Below are positions 55,515 through 64,000 of a DNA stretch of 64,000 bases, piece after piece. The DNA lies in the NCBI GenBank assembly GCA_944391805.1, contig CALXUY010000065.1, forward strand, positions 3,437 through 67,436, given 5' to 3'. Origin of the DNA: an uncultured Clostridia bacterium (GTDB taxonomy: Bacteria > Bacillota > Clostridia > Oscillospirales > CAG-272). Made by a program: the position numbers and the translations under genes. The number at the start of each line of letters is the position of its first letter. Within the stretch, counting starts at the first letter, position 1. The notes beneath the pieces were generated by a model. It was not told the DNA's origin. It ran no database searches and worked only from the letters and a program-made list of their open reading frames with translations.

Positions 55515-57317
55515 ATGAAAAAACTGCGTTTATTCAAGCCGCTGGCACTGCTGGGCATTGCCGCGCTCCTGCTGACATCCTGCGGCAGCCCCCAACCGGA
55601 GGAGAACAATTCCACATCCTCTATGGAGCCGGACGCCGGGCAGGAATCTGTACATAACAATCAGTTGTCCGAAAACGAGAACCACCCCAATCTGGCCGTC
55701 ACATATTCGGTCTCCAGCATGGAGGAGCTCAGGGCACTCCGGGCGGAGCAGGCCAATGCCACCGTGTATCTGCGCGGATACTATGAGCCGGGCGACGGCG
55801 GAGGCGGCAGCTTCTATTGGGATGCGGAGAGCCAGCTTCCGGATGACGGCGGCACCGTGATTCAGCCAGAGGGGGTGGAAACCGGGCGCTTTATCCGCCT
55901 GTGTGAGCCGAACCATCGCAACGTCAAATGGTTCGGTGCAGTGGGGAGCGGCAAAAAGGACGACTACGAAGCCATTCAGGCTGCCATCGACAGCCTGCCC
56001 CAGAACGGCGGTACGGTGGTGCTGCCCGGTGGAACCTATGCGGTCACAAAGACCATTCAGATCGGCAACGGCAACGGTGGTGAAACCTTTTCCAATCAGA
56101 ACGCCGTCAAGCTGGTGGGGCAGGGAGGCGGCTTCGCGGTGACGGGCGATGCGATCCCCACGACCATTGTGGCGGCGTCCGGCATGGCCGATCTGATCCG
56201 GGTCAATGGCCGGATCTCCGATCTGCTCTTTCAGGATCTCTGCCTGAGCGGCAACAATCAGGCGCAGGTCTGCCTTTCCATGACTGCCTTCAGCGGCACC
56301 ACACTGCGGGATGTTCGCATTCAGCAGTTCAGCCGCATCGGCCTGGAGATTATGGGGGGAGAAGAGCCGGTTGGCAACTACAACATTTCCAACCGGTTTG
56401 AAACCGTGCAGATTGTGGCGTCAATGGACAATACCACCTGCCTGCTGATGGACGGTGTGTACAGTGCAAACAACGACACCTGGCTCACCGTGTTCAACAA
56501 CTGCAGCTTTGATACCGGCTCCTGCGCGGGTGCCACCGGCGCATGGTTCCGGTTTGTAGACAGCAATTCCTTCTACCGCTGTCAGTTTGGCGGGAGCGGA
56601 GAGGGCAGCGTGGGAATTGTATTTGACGCGACGGCAAACCATGATTTTCCCTGCGGCATGGCGTTTTATGATTGCTCTGTGAGCAGCACGCAGGTGCTTG
56701 AGGACGAATCACACCAGATCCGCAAAAACTATTTCTATGGCTATTGTACCGCAAACGGCGAGGAGCTTCCCACCCATAACCGCCTGATCGGCATTACCGA
56801 TACCGGAGTTCCGTTCAATATGGAGGAGCTGACCATCGGAGGCGGGGGCACCAATCCGGGCGGATCGGGCCTGCCGGCCAAGCGGGGGGCTGTGGACACC
56901 TACACCGCTGCCGAATACAACCATCTCAATCTTGCCGAGACCGGAGACGAGGTGGGGATTCGCTTCAACGCGGGCGGAACCTTCCGGGGGGCCACCTTCT
57001 ACATGCCGAACTATGATAATAATCTCGGCTCCGCTACCATCAACGTTTACAAGTGGGATACCGATTACCGCCAGAGCAAGGCCGGAGAGGTGCTCTACAG
57101 CGTCACCTTTGAAAACTTTGACAACAACATCTGGAACCGTTTTGAAATGGCGGATGGGCTGCCTGCCGGTGAGTACCTTCTCACCATCACCGCCACGGCG
57201 CCCGAGGGAGATGCCGGCTGCGGTGTTTGGACCAAGGGGAAAACCGCAGTGGTGGAAACCTACCACAACGGGTATCTGGCCGAGTTTGGGCTGGTGGGAC
57301 AAATTCTGATCGATTGA
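55515..57317 (+). CDS. Lipoprotein with tailspike-like/Pectate_lyase_3 beta-helix and C-terminal beta-sandwich
   Basis: Lipobox LTSC; RGYYEPGDGGGGSFYWD...DDGGTVI...GRFIR; NVKWFGAVGSGKKDDYEAIQAAID...VLPGGTY. Confidence 0.75.
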   Translation: MKKLRLFKPLALLGIAALLLTSCGSPQPEENNSTSSMEPDAGQESVHNNQLSENENHPNLAVTYSVSSMEELRALRAEQANATVYLRGYYEPGDGGGGSFYWDAESQLPDDGGTVIQPEGVETGRFIRLCEPNHRNVKWFGAVGSGKKDDYEAIQAAIDSLPQNGGTVVLPGGTYAVTKTIQIGNGNGGETFSNQNAVKLVGQGGGFAVTGDAIPTTIVAASGMADLIRVNGRISDLLFQDLCLSGNNQAQVCLSMTAFSGTTLRDVRIQQFSRIGLEIMGGEEPVGNYNISNRFETVQIVASMDNTTCLLMDGVYSANNDTWLTVFNNCSFDTGSCAGATGAWFRFVDSNSFYRCQFGGSGEGSVGIVFDATANHDFPCGMAFYDCSVSSTQVLEDESHQIRKNYFYGYCTANGEELPTHNRLIGITDTGVPFNMEELTIGGGGTNPGGSGLPAKRGAVDTYTAAEYNHLNLAETGDEVGIRFNAGGTFRGATFYMPNYDNNLGSATINVYKWDTDYRQSKAGEVLYSVTFENFDNNIWNRFEMADGLPAGEYLLTITATAPEGDAGCGVWTKGKTAVVETYHNGYLAEFGLVGQILID

Positions 57318-57327
57318 GGAGCGGTCT

Positions 57328-58602
57328 ATGAAAAACGGAAAATTTTTTGGCGCACTGACTCTGCTGTTCGCCTTTGCACTGGCCGGAGCGGGCTGCACCG
57401 ACAAAGCCCCGTCGGGGGGAGAACCCACCGATACCGGCACGCAGACTCCGCCGGAGCCGGAAACCCCGCAGAGCGCCGCGTATGTGGTGGAAAGCGCCTT
57501 GGAGCTGCAGCGCCTGACCGGACTGCACGATGGCGACACGGTGCTGATGAAGGGCTTTTATCTCCCCGGAGACGGGGGAGGCGGAATGTTTGTTTGGGAT
57601 GAAGGCTCTGCGGCGGAAATCGATGGCGGCACCGTGTTCGGCGGTGGGAGCGATACCGGCCGCTTTGTGCGGGACTGTGAGCCGAACTACCGGAATGTCA
57701 GGTGGTTCGGTGCCGTTGGGAGCGGCAGCACGGACGATACCGAGGCCATCCAAAGGGCCATCGACAGCCTGCCCGCATCGGGCGGTACCGTTTCTGTTCC
57801 GGGCGGCAATTATCGCATCAGTCAGCCGTTGCAGATCGGCAACGGAGACGGTGCCAACCGGCACTCCACGGTCAACGGCATCCGTCTGATAGGCGAGGGG
57901 GGCGGCTTTGCTTCCGGAGGCACACAGTATCCGACCCGTCTCACGGCTGCTGTGCCGATGGAAACGATGCTCTCGGTCAACGGCAAAATCAGTGACGTGG
58001 TCCTGCAGGATATGTTCATCGACGGCAATTATATGGCGAATAGCGGAATTGTCATTCAGGCGGCCAGCGGTCTGACCGTAACCGATATTTCGGTTGGCGT
58101 TACGCTTGTGTACGGCATACAGGTTCTTGGCGGATCGGGTATCGGGACCGAAAATAAGCTGAACCGTTTTGAAACGGTTTCGGTTTACGCGGTGGAGGAG
58201 AAAACAATCTGCCTCTATATGGACGGCGCTACCGAGGGCACCCCCGGCAACAGCATGACAACCTTTGTGGACTGCAGATTTGACACTGCACAAACCGAAA
58301 ATTCCTACGCTGTCTGGATGCGCAGCACCACCGGAACCGATTTTTACCGCTGTCACTTCAACACCTATCAGGACAGCAGCACGGGACTGGTGCTGGATGC
58401 AACCAATTGCCACGGATACCCGTATGGAAATGTCTTTTACGATTGCTCCATCGTCTCGGTTGCGGTTCAGGAGGATCAGACCGGTTATATCGGCCGCAAT
58501 TTCTTCTACGGCTATGGCACCTATGATCTGGAGGATCTGCCGGAGCACCCGATGCTCTCGGGTATTACCGATGCGGGAATCCCCTTTAATCTCGGCTCCT
58601 GA
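57328..58602 (+). CDS. Paralogous tailspike-like beta-helix lipoprotein
   Basis: Lipobox GAGC; KGFYLPGDGGGGMFVWD...DGGTV...GRFVR; NVRWFGAVGSGSTDDTEAIQRAID; colinear with the upstream gene. Confidence 0.75.
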   Translation: MKNGKFFGALTLLFAFALAGAGCTDKAPSGGEPTDTGTQTPPEPETPQSAAYVVESALELQRLTGLHDGDTVLMKGFYLPGDGGGGMFVWDEGSAAEIDGGTVFGGGSDTGRFVRDCEPNYRNVRWFGAVGSGSTDDTEAIQRAIDSLPASGGTVSVPGGNYRISQPLQIGNGDGANRHSTVNGIRLIGEGGGFASGGTQYPTRLTAAVPMETMLSVNGKISDVVLQDMFIDGNYMANSGIVIQAASGLTVTDISVGVTLVYGIQVLGGSGIGTENKLNRFETVSVYAVEEKTICLYMDGATEGTPGNSMTTFVDCRFDTAQTENSYAVWMRSTTGTDFYRCHFNTYQDSSTGLVLDATNCHGYPYGNVFYDCSIVSVAVQEDQTGYIGRNFFYGYGTYDLEDLPEHPMLSGITDAGIPFNLGS

Positions 58603-58637
58603 AGGCGGCCGGAAATGCAATGAAAGGAAGGAAAAGT

Positions 58638-60062
58638 ATGAAACAGTTATTGGTTGTGGCGTTGATTCTTGCGTTGCTGCTCGGCCTATGCGTCATGGGA
58701 ACCGTGGCGGCCGAGGATCAATGGACGGCTACCGACCTCAATCCGGTGCCTCCTGCCGACGAGCATATCAAGATGCACGACGGCGTGAATGAAACAACCG
58801 TTGCCTTTCGTGCCGTCATCACCGGCGACTGGTATGGTGTTGCACCCTACGTCGGAGATTACGGCAACTATGGGCAGGATTTCACCATTTCGGTGTATGC
58901 GTGGGCAGGCAGCTACGAGCAAACGGTGGCGGGCGAGGCGCTGCGCCAGGGAACGGTGGGAGACGGCGACGAACTGGGCAATACCTATCGTGACTTTCTG
59001 TTCGATGCCCCGCTGGAGAAGGGGGATTATCTCGTTGTGTATCACAATGCCACCCCGGTAGACTGGGGCATTGCAACCTGGTTCTGTCCGTCGGCGGCCA
59101 TGGGCGTTGCGGTGTTCAAAAACGGCGAGGAGGTGCCCGACCGTTCGCTCGCGACCAGAATCTATGTGGATGCGCCTGCGGGGGAGGGCTTTTCGAGAAG
59201 TCCGCTGACAGACGGAGGCACATCGGTCCCCGAGCTGGAAAATCCCTATGCGCCGGCCACCGGCAATGTCAGCTTTGGCTATGCCGGCCCGCAGTGGAAT
59301 CCCAAAACGCCCATCCTGCTGACCGGCAGCACGGTTGCGGTCCGTATGGTGACCAAGGCCACGGTCAATGCCATCAGTGTATACGCCGGCTGTGAGGCGG
59401 GAGAGGGAGGCGGATTGATCTTTCGCGTATATCCATGGGCGGACGACTATGCCTCCACGTTGGCGGGAAACCCGTTACAGAGCTGGATGGTCAGCGGAAT
59501 CAAGGAGGGGGAGTACATCAACTTCCCGATGGAGGGCGGACTCGAGGCGGGGGATTATCTCGTGGTGATGTCCGATGCGTTCCATGCGATTCCGGGCAAG
59601 ACCGTCAGTCTCTGGGGCGGTCCGGCAGATACCGGGTTGGCCTATGTCACCTATGTGAACGGTGTGGAGAGTACCGAGCTGGATCTGTTTGCCCTGATTT
59701 ATGCGCAGGGCGCCGCGGGTGAGGCGCTTGCCCCGGCTGATATGCTGGTGCCCGGCGGGCAAACGACGGAACAGACAACAGAACAAACCACCGAGCAGCC
59801 GACCGAGCAACCGACTGAGCAGCCGACCGAGCAGCCGACCGAGCAGACCACAGACCGGCCGACTGAGCCGCTCACCGGAGACCCGACCGACACATCCGAG
59901 GAAGCTACTCCTACCGAAGGCGGAGAGGTTTCGGAAACACAGACAGGGGACGATCGTGGCGCGGGGGCAGGGTGTTCTTCGCTCATCGCCGGGAGTATGA
60001 CGGTCATATGCACGGCAAGCGTGCTCGCCGCGCTGGCTGTTTGCCGGAAAAAGAAGCGCTGA
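58638..60062 (+). CDS. Secreted surface protein: two repeated beta-sandwich modules, TEQP linker, Cys-TM-basic C-terminal anchor
   Basis: Signal peptide; VYxW...Y..T.AG..L...L..GDYLVV occurs twice; ends GAGCSSLIAGSMTVICTASVLAALAVCRKKKR. Confidence 0.75.
   Translation: MKQLLVVALILALLLGLCVMGTVAAEDQWTATDLNPVPPADEHIKMHDGVNETTVAFRAVITGDWYGVAPYVGDYGNYGQDFTISVYAWAGSYEQTVAGEALRQGTVGDGDELGNTYRDFLFDAPLEKGDYLVVYHNATPVDWGIATWFCPSAAMGVAVFKNGEEVPDRSLATRIYVDAPAGEGFSRSPLTDGGTSVPELENPYAPATGNVSFGYAGPQWNPKTPILLTGSTVAVRMVTKATVNAISVYAGCEAGEGGGLIFRVYPWADDYASTLAGNPLQSWMVSGIKEGEYINFPMEGGLEAGDYLVVMSDAFHAIPGKTVSLWGGPADTGLAYVTYVNGVESTELDLFALIYAQGAAGEALAPADMLVPGGQTTEQTTEQTTEQPTEQPTEQPTEQPTEQTTDRPTEPLTGDPTDTSEEATPTEGGEVSETQTGDDRGAGAGCSSLIAGSMTVICTASVLAALAVCRKKKR
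59763..59891 (+). repeat. 12-bp coding tandem repeat (TEQT/TEQP linker)
   Basis: ACCGAGCAGCCG-like units, about 10 degenerate copies. Confidence 0.85.
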
Positions 60063-60149
60063 CCCGAAACGGCGCAGCGTGTATCACGCGGAGCGGAATT
60101 CTGTCAACGGTTCCGCTCCGGATCCTGCTACGGAGGTATTATAACAATC

Positions 60150-61691
60150 ATGGTTTCAAACAGTGTGTCTTTTCAGACCACCGATTCGCTGGTGCAGGCC
60201 GTGTACAACGCGGCCGAGGACAAGGCGCGGCACAATCTGGTGCAGTTTGCAGGCCGACGGGTGCTGATAGAGGGGGGAGAATACCCGAACCTCTGGCTGG
60301 AGACCCAGCCCATGGGGGGAGAAATGTATGCCAAGCGTGACCCCGAGGCGGCTTACAACAACATCGATCTGTTTATGCGGGCGGCCGACAGCGAGGGGAT
60401 GATGCCCGGCATGATTTCGTATATCGACGGCGTTTACCGCGAGCATCACAATTTTATTCAGGGCTACTGCTTTCCGGTGCATGCGCTCAATCTCTATTAT
60501 CTGTTGAATTTGGACAGGGATTATCTTCTGCGCCTGTATGAGGCCTTACGCCGCTATGACGCATGGCTATGGGCCAGCCGGGAGAGCGACGGGGACGGGT
60601 GTCTGGAGGCCTGGTGCCCCTGCGACACCGGGGAGGATTATGCATCCAAGTTTTTCGGCGCTCCTCACTTCTGGGAGAGCAGGAATCCGCCCCACAGCCA
60701 CGAATATCACTTCCCGCGCGCCTCAATGGACCTCATGGGATACTCCTATGACGGCAGGCGGACTCTGGCACAGGTTTCGGCGCTGCTTGGGAATGGTGAG
60801 GAGGCATACTGGAGCGCACAGGCAGAGGAGATCAAACGCAAAATCCGGTCCTACCTGTGGCGGGAGGAACGGCATGCCTGCTTTGACCGGGACGAGAACG
60901 GCGCATGGCTGGAAATACTGACGCACAACAACCTGCGGGTGATGTACCACGGGGCCTTTTCACAGGAGATGGCCGACGATTTCATCCGGTATCATCTGGT
61001 CAATCCGGAGGAATTCTGGACGCCTATGCCGCTGCCCTCCACGGCCGTGAACGATCCACTCTTCCGCAACATTCCCGAAAATAACTGGAGCGGTCAGCCC
61101 GAGGGCCTGACCTATCAGCGTACCATCCGGGCACTGGAAAACTATCGGCATCATGCGGAAATTCCGCTGCTCGGCAACCACCTGCTCCGGGCCATCGGAG
61201 CCGAGGGCTTTTTTTCGCAGCAGTTTGATCCGTTTACAGGGGAGATCTCCCGCAAGAACAATCCAACCGGAGATTACGGCCCCACATTGCTGGCATGTCT
61301 GGAGTATATTTCCCGTATGTATGGCGTGCACCGGCAGTTCGATGAAATCTGGTGGGGCGCTTATCACGGGGGACACGACTGCTCGTATACCCAACGCTAC
61401 GGAGAGACGACCTGCTGCATCGGTCAGCGCGGCGGGCAGGCGGAGGGCTTTGTCAACGGCGTTTCGGTGTTCCGTGTCAGCGCAGGCTGCCGGGTGGAAA
61501 CCACACTTGCCGGTAAGGTCCTGCGTGTCACAAACATCTCGGCTGGCGCGCAGATTCAGCGTCTGGAAACCGAAGGAAAATGCATATCCCAACTGCTGGA
61601 ACCCAATCAGGCGCTGGTGCGCACAGCATCCGGGGATTTTGTACCGGATCGGAGCGTTCCCTTCACGCTTCCCGAGCCGGAGCGAGCCTGA
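60150..61691 (+). CDS. (alpha/alpha)6 glycoside hydrolase (GH63/MGH1-like)
   Basis: YPNLWLETQP, DGDGCLE...DTGED, EEFWTPMPLPS, NNWSG, SQQFDPFTG. Confidence 0.6.
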   Translation: MVSNSVSFQTTDSLVQAVYNAAEDKARHNLVQFAGRRVLIEGGEYPNLWLETQPMGGEMYAKRDPEAAYNNIDLFMRAADSEGMMPGMISYIDGVYREHHNFIQGYCFPVHALNLYYLLNLDRDYLLRLYEALRRYDAWLWASRESDGDGCLEAWCPCDTGEDYASKFFGAPHFWESRNPPHSHEYHFPRASMDLMGYSYDGRRTLAQVSALLGNGEEAYWSAQAEEIKRKIRSYLWREERHACFDRDENGAWLEILTHNNLRVMYHGAFSQEMADDFIRYHLVNPEEFWTPMPLPSTAVNDPLFRNIPENNWSGQPEGLTYQRTIRALENYRHHAEIPLLGNHLLRAIGAEGFFSQQFDPFTGEISRKNNPTGDYGPTLLACLEYISRMYGVHRQFDEIWWGAYHGGHDCSYTQRYGETTCCIGQRGGQAEGFVNGVSVFRVSAGCRVETTLAGKVLRVTNISAGAQIQRLETEGKCISQLLEPNQALVRTASGDFVPDRSVPFTLPEPERA

Positions 61692-61857
61692 ACCGAACTG
61701 TTTCCCGGAACGGCAGGGAGAGAGACGCGGGACCGATGGTGTTGCTCGCCGTGACGGCGGCTTCTGCCGTTCGGTTACCGGTCTGCACCGATTCCGACAA
61801 TTGCGCCTCCGGCAACGGCATATTGCCTGCCGGGGGCTTTTGCAGAAAGGCGAAAAG

Positions 61858-62715
61858 ATGATGAAAAAAATCGGGTTTATCGACTATTACCTTGACGAGT
61901 GGCATGCCGTCAATTACCCCGCGTGGATAAAGGAGGCGGTGCAGCGGCTGGGGCTTGCCTACGCAATTGACTATGCATGGGCTGAGTGTGAGCATTCCCC
62001 TGTCACCGGCGGCAGCACCGCAGAGTGGTGCGCCCGTTATGGAGTGAAGGCCTGCGGGAGTATGGAGGAGCTGTGCGGCAGCAGCGATGCAATTGTGATT
62101 CTGTCGCCGGACCATGCGGAAAACCACCTGCGCTATGCGCGGACCGCACTGCGCTATGGAAAGCCGGTTTATATTGATAAAACCTTTGCCCCTACCCTGA
62201 CGGAGGCAAAGGAGATATTTTCCATTGCCGGCCGTTTCGGTACGCCGGTCTGTTCCTCCTCGGCTCTGCGCTTTGCCGGGGAGCTGGAAACCGACAAGCC
62301 CGTGCGGGAGCTTGTCACCACCGGCTGCGGCTTTTCCTTTGATACCTATGCGGTCCATCAGGTTGAAATGATTGTGTACTGTCTCGGGACAGGCGCCACC
62401 AGACTGATGGCGCTGCAAAACGGTTCCGATAAGACGTTGGTCATCGATTATGCCGACTGCCGCAGGGCATTGCTCTGCCAGAGCATCGGCGCCGAGGCAC
62501 CGTTTACGGTCAGTATGGATTGCGGCGGGCCGCAGGCGGTCTACCGACCGATCACATCGGATTACTTCGGCCGTATGATCGGGGAAATGCTGCACTTTTT
62601 TGAAACCGGGGAGCCGATGGCTCCACAGGCGCAGACGCTGGAGGTGATGGCGATTCTCGATGCCGGCCGGCAGGCGCTGTGCACACCGGACATATGGGTG
62701 CCGGTTGCGCATTGA
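61858..62715 (+). CDS. Gfo/Idh/MocA family oxidoreductase
   Basis: KIGFID, SDAIVILSP..H, GKPVYIDKTFA, SSALRF, YAVHQVE. Confidence 0.8.
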   Translation: MMKKIGFIDYYLDEWHAVNYPAWIKEAVQRLGLAYAIDYAWAECEHSPVTGGSTAEWCARYGVKACGSMEELCGSSDAIVILSPDHAENHLRYARTALRYGKPVYIDKTFAPTLTEAKEIFSIAGRFGTPVCSSSALRFAGELETDKPVRELVTTGCGFSFDTYAVHQVEMIVYCLGTGATRLMALQNGSDKTLVIDYADCRRALLCQSIGAEAPFTVSMDCGGPQAVYRPITSDYFGRMIGEMLHFFETGEPMAPQAQTLEVMAILDAGRQALCTPDIWVPVAH

Positions 62716-62859
62716 TCATCACACCCGGCCGGTGGTTTCCCCGATCCGCAGGGAAGCGCAGGAGGCAGACGAGGAGCGAAGGGAATTCATCAAAAAAGCG
62801 GTCAATGGCTGCTTTTTCAGAGCCGGCCGGTACACAAAAAGCACCGAAAGGAGTCTTAT

Positions 62860-64000
62860 ATGAGCATTCAGAAACTGACGTTTGGCAAACCGGAGGCACT
62901 GACGCCTTCCCGGTTCTGTCCGGAATTCCGGGGATGCGGGGCGGACGAACAGCGGCTCCCCTCCGGAAGCCTCCCACCCATCGGGTTCCGGCAGACCCCG
63001 CGGGGATGTGTGCTGGAGCTGCCGTTTTCCGAGCAGGAGGAGTACTATGGCTTCGGGCTGCAGCTTCACTCCTTTGGTCATAAAAACCGCAAGCTCACGC
63101 TTCGCGTCAACTCCGATCCGCTCTTTTCAACCGGCGATTCCCACGCACCGGTGCCGTTTTTTGTCTGCACAGCAGGCTACGGCGTGTTTGTGGATACCGC
63201 GCGCTATGCCGAATTCTATATGGGAGTGCAGCGGGTGACCTCGGCCACGCGTGGGGAGTCCGGTCACAGTGCCGACAACACCCGGGAGCTTTACACCCTG
63301 CGGGACAGCGGAGACGAGCGGGTCATTGCCATTCATATCCCGTCGGCGGCAGGGGTCGATCTGTATTGGATTGAAGGGGAGAACATCCTTGACGTGGTCA
63401 GACAGTACAACCGCATGGCTGGCGGAGGACCGGAGATTCCGGATTGGGGACTGGGAACCTACTACCGCTGCCATCTCGATGCCGACGCACACAGCGTGAT
63501 GCAAACAGCGGATTACCTGCATGGGCATGGCTTGCCCTGCAGTGTCATCGGGCTGGAACCGCACTGGCAGACTCGCTCTTACTCCTGCTCCTATATCTGG
63601 TCGGAAAAATTCCCGCCCGACCTCCGCCGGAAAATGGAGGCGCATCTCGCAGGGCGGGGGCTGCACCTCAACCTTTGGCAGCACGCCTTTGTGCATCCCG
63701 ATTCACCGCTGTATGATGCCATCGGAGAAGGCTGCGGCAGCTACAAGGTATGGGGAGGAAAGGTGCCGGATTTTGCCGTCCCACACACGCAGCACGCTTT
63801 TGCGGCATACCAAAGCGAGGCTCAGGTGAGCGATGTGACCGACGGCTTTAAGCTGGACGAGTGCGACGGCAGCGATTACACACGGGATTGGAGCTTTCCG
63901 AATTGCTCGGAGTTTCCGTCCGGGCTGGACGGGGAGCAGTACCACAGCCTGTTCGGAATGCTGTATGCGCGTGCAGCACTGGCAGCCCTGTCAGGGCGAC
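62860..64000 (+). CDS. Glycoside hydrolase family 31 (3' partial)
   Basis: ATG after AAAGGAG, open to the window end (absent from the ORF track). YYGFGLQ, SHAPVPFF...GYGVFVD, PDWGLG, IGLEPHWQ, GFKLDECD (nucleophile motif). Confidence 0.85.
   Translation, partial: MSIQKLTFGKPEALTPSRFCPEFRGCGADEQRLPSGSLPPIGFRQTPRGCVLELPFSEQEEYYGFGLQLHSFGHKNRKLTLRVNSDPLFSTGDSHAPVPFFVCTAGYGVFVDTARYAEFYMGVQRVTSATRGESGHSADNTRELYTLRDSGDERVIAIHIPSAAGVDLYWIEGENILDVVRQYNRMAGGGPEIPDWGLGTYYRCHLDADAHSVMQTADYLHGHGLPCSVIGLEPHWQTRSYSCSYIWSEKFPPDLRRKMEAHLAGRGLHLNLWQHAFVHPDSPLYDAIGEGCGSYKVWGGKVPDFAVPHTQHAFAAYQSEAQVSDVTDGFKLDECDGSDYTRDWSFPNCSEFPSGLDGEQYHSLFGMLYARAALAALSGR

Noticed and set aside
55515-58602. Prophage remnant explanation for the tailspike-like genes
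   Set aside because: Both have lipoprotein signals and sit among sugar-catabolic genes; there are no structural, lysis or integrase genes.
59763-59891. Tandem repeat as a possible CRISPR array
   Set aside because: 12-bp in-frame coding linker without spacers; no cas genes.

Overview
Chromosomal segment of a GC-rich, spore-forming Clostridia-type bacterium (Bacillota; inferred from spoVAD/AE, sigma-A-type promoters and THF/preQ1 riboswitches). From left to right: (1) a co-oriented cluster at 1-6.6 kb that looks like an undescribed partner-switching module: an amino-acid ABC permease-ATPase fusion with a degenerate RsbW-like tail, a PAS-CPBP protease fusion, a YwaF-like protein, a lipoprotein, a STAS protein, an LDH-like enzyme and an RsbW-like/VOC fusion. 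(2) cstA with an in-frame TAG. (3) A lower-GC accessory block with TetR+ABC exporter, a GNAT pseudogene and a 1608-aa exonuclease-RecQ-UvrD fusion. (4) Housekeeping genes: tyrS, spoVAD/AE, mutarotase, udp, an SH3 lipoprotein, cca, preQ1-queT, THF-folT-folC-folC, MBOAT/DHHW, Crp-FTR-trxA-rubrerythrin, a Gld-like ABC system, glgBCDAP, pdxST/pdxR and tRNA-Ser(GCT). (5) A carbohydrate-utilisation locus with a frameshifted AraC, a solute-binding protein, two phage-tailspike-like beta-helix lipoproteins, a Cys-CTERM-anchored protein with a repeated putative novel binding module, and GH63-like, Gfo/Idh/MocA and GH31 enzymes. A TTAA-flanked MITE family occurs as three full copies plus one collapsed copy. 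No CRISPR array, rRNA, transposase or integrase is seen. All protein calls are motif-based by eye; no database searches were run.
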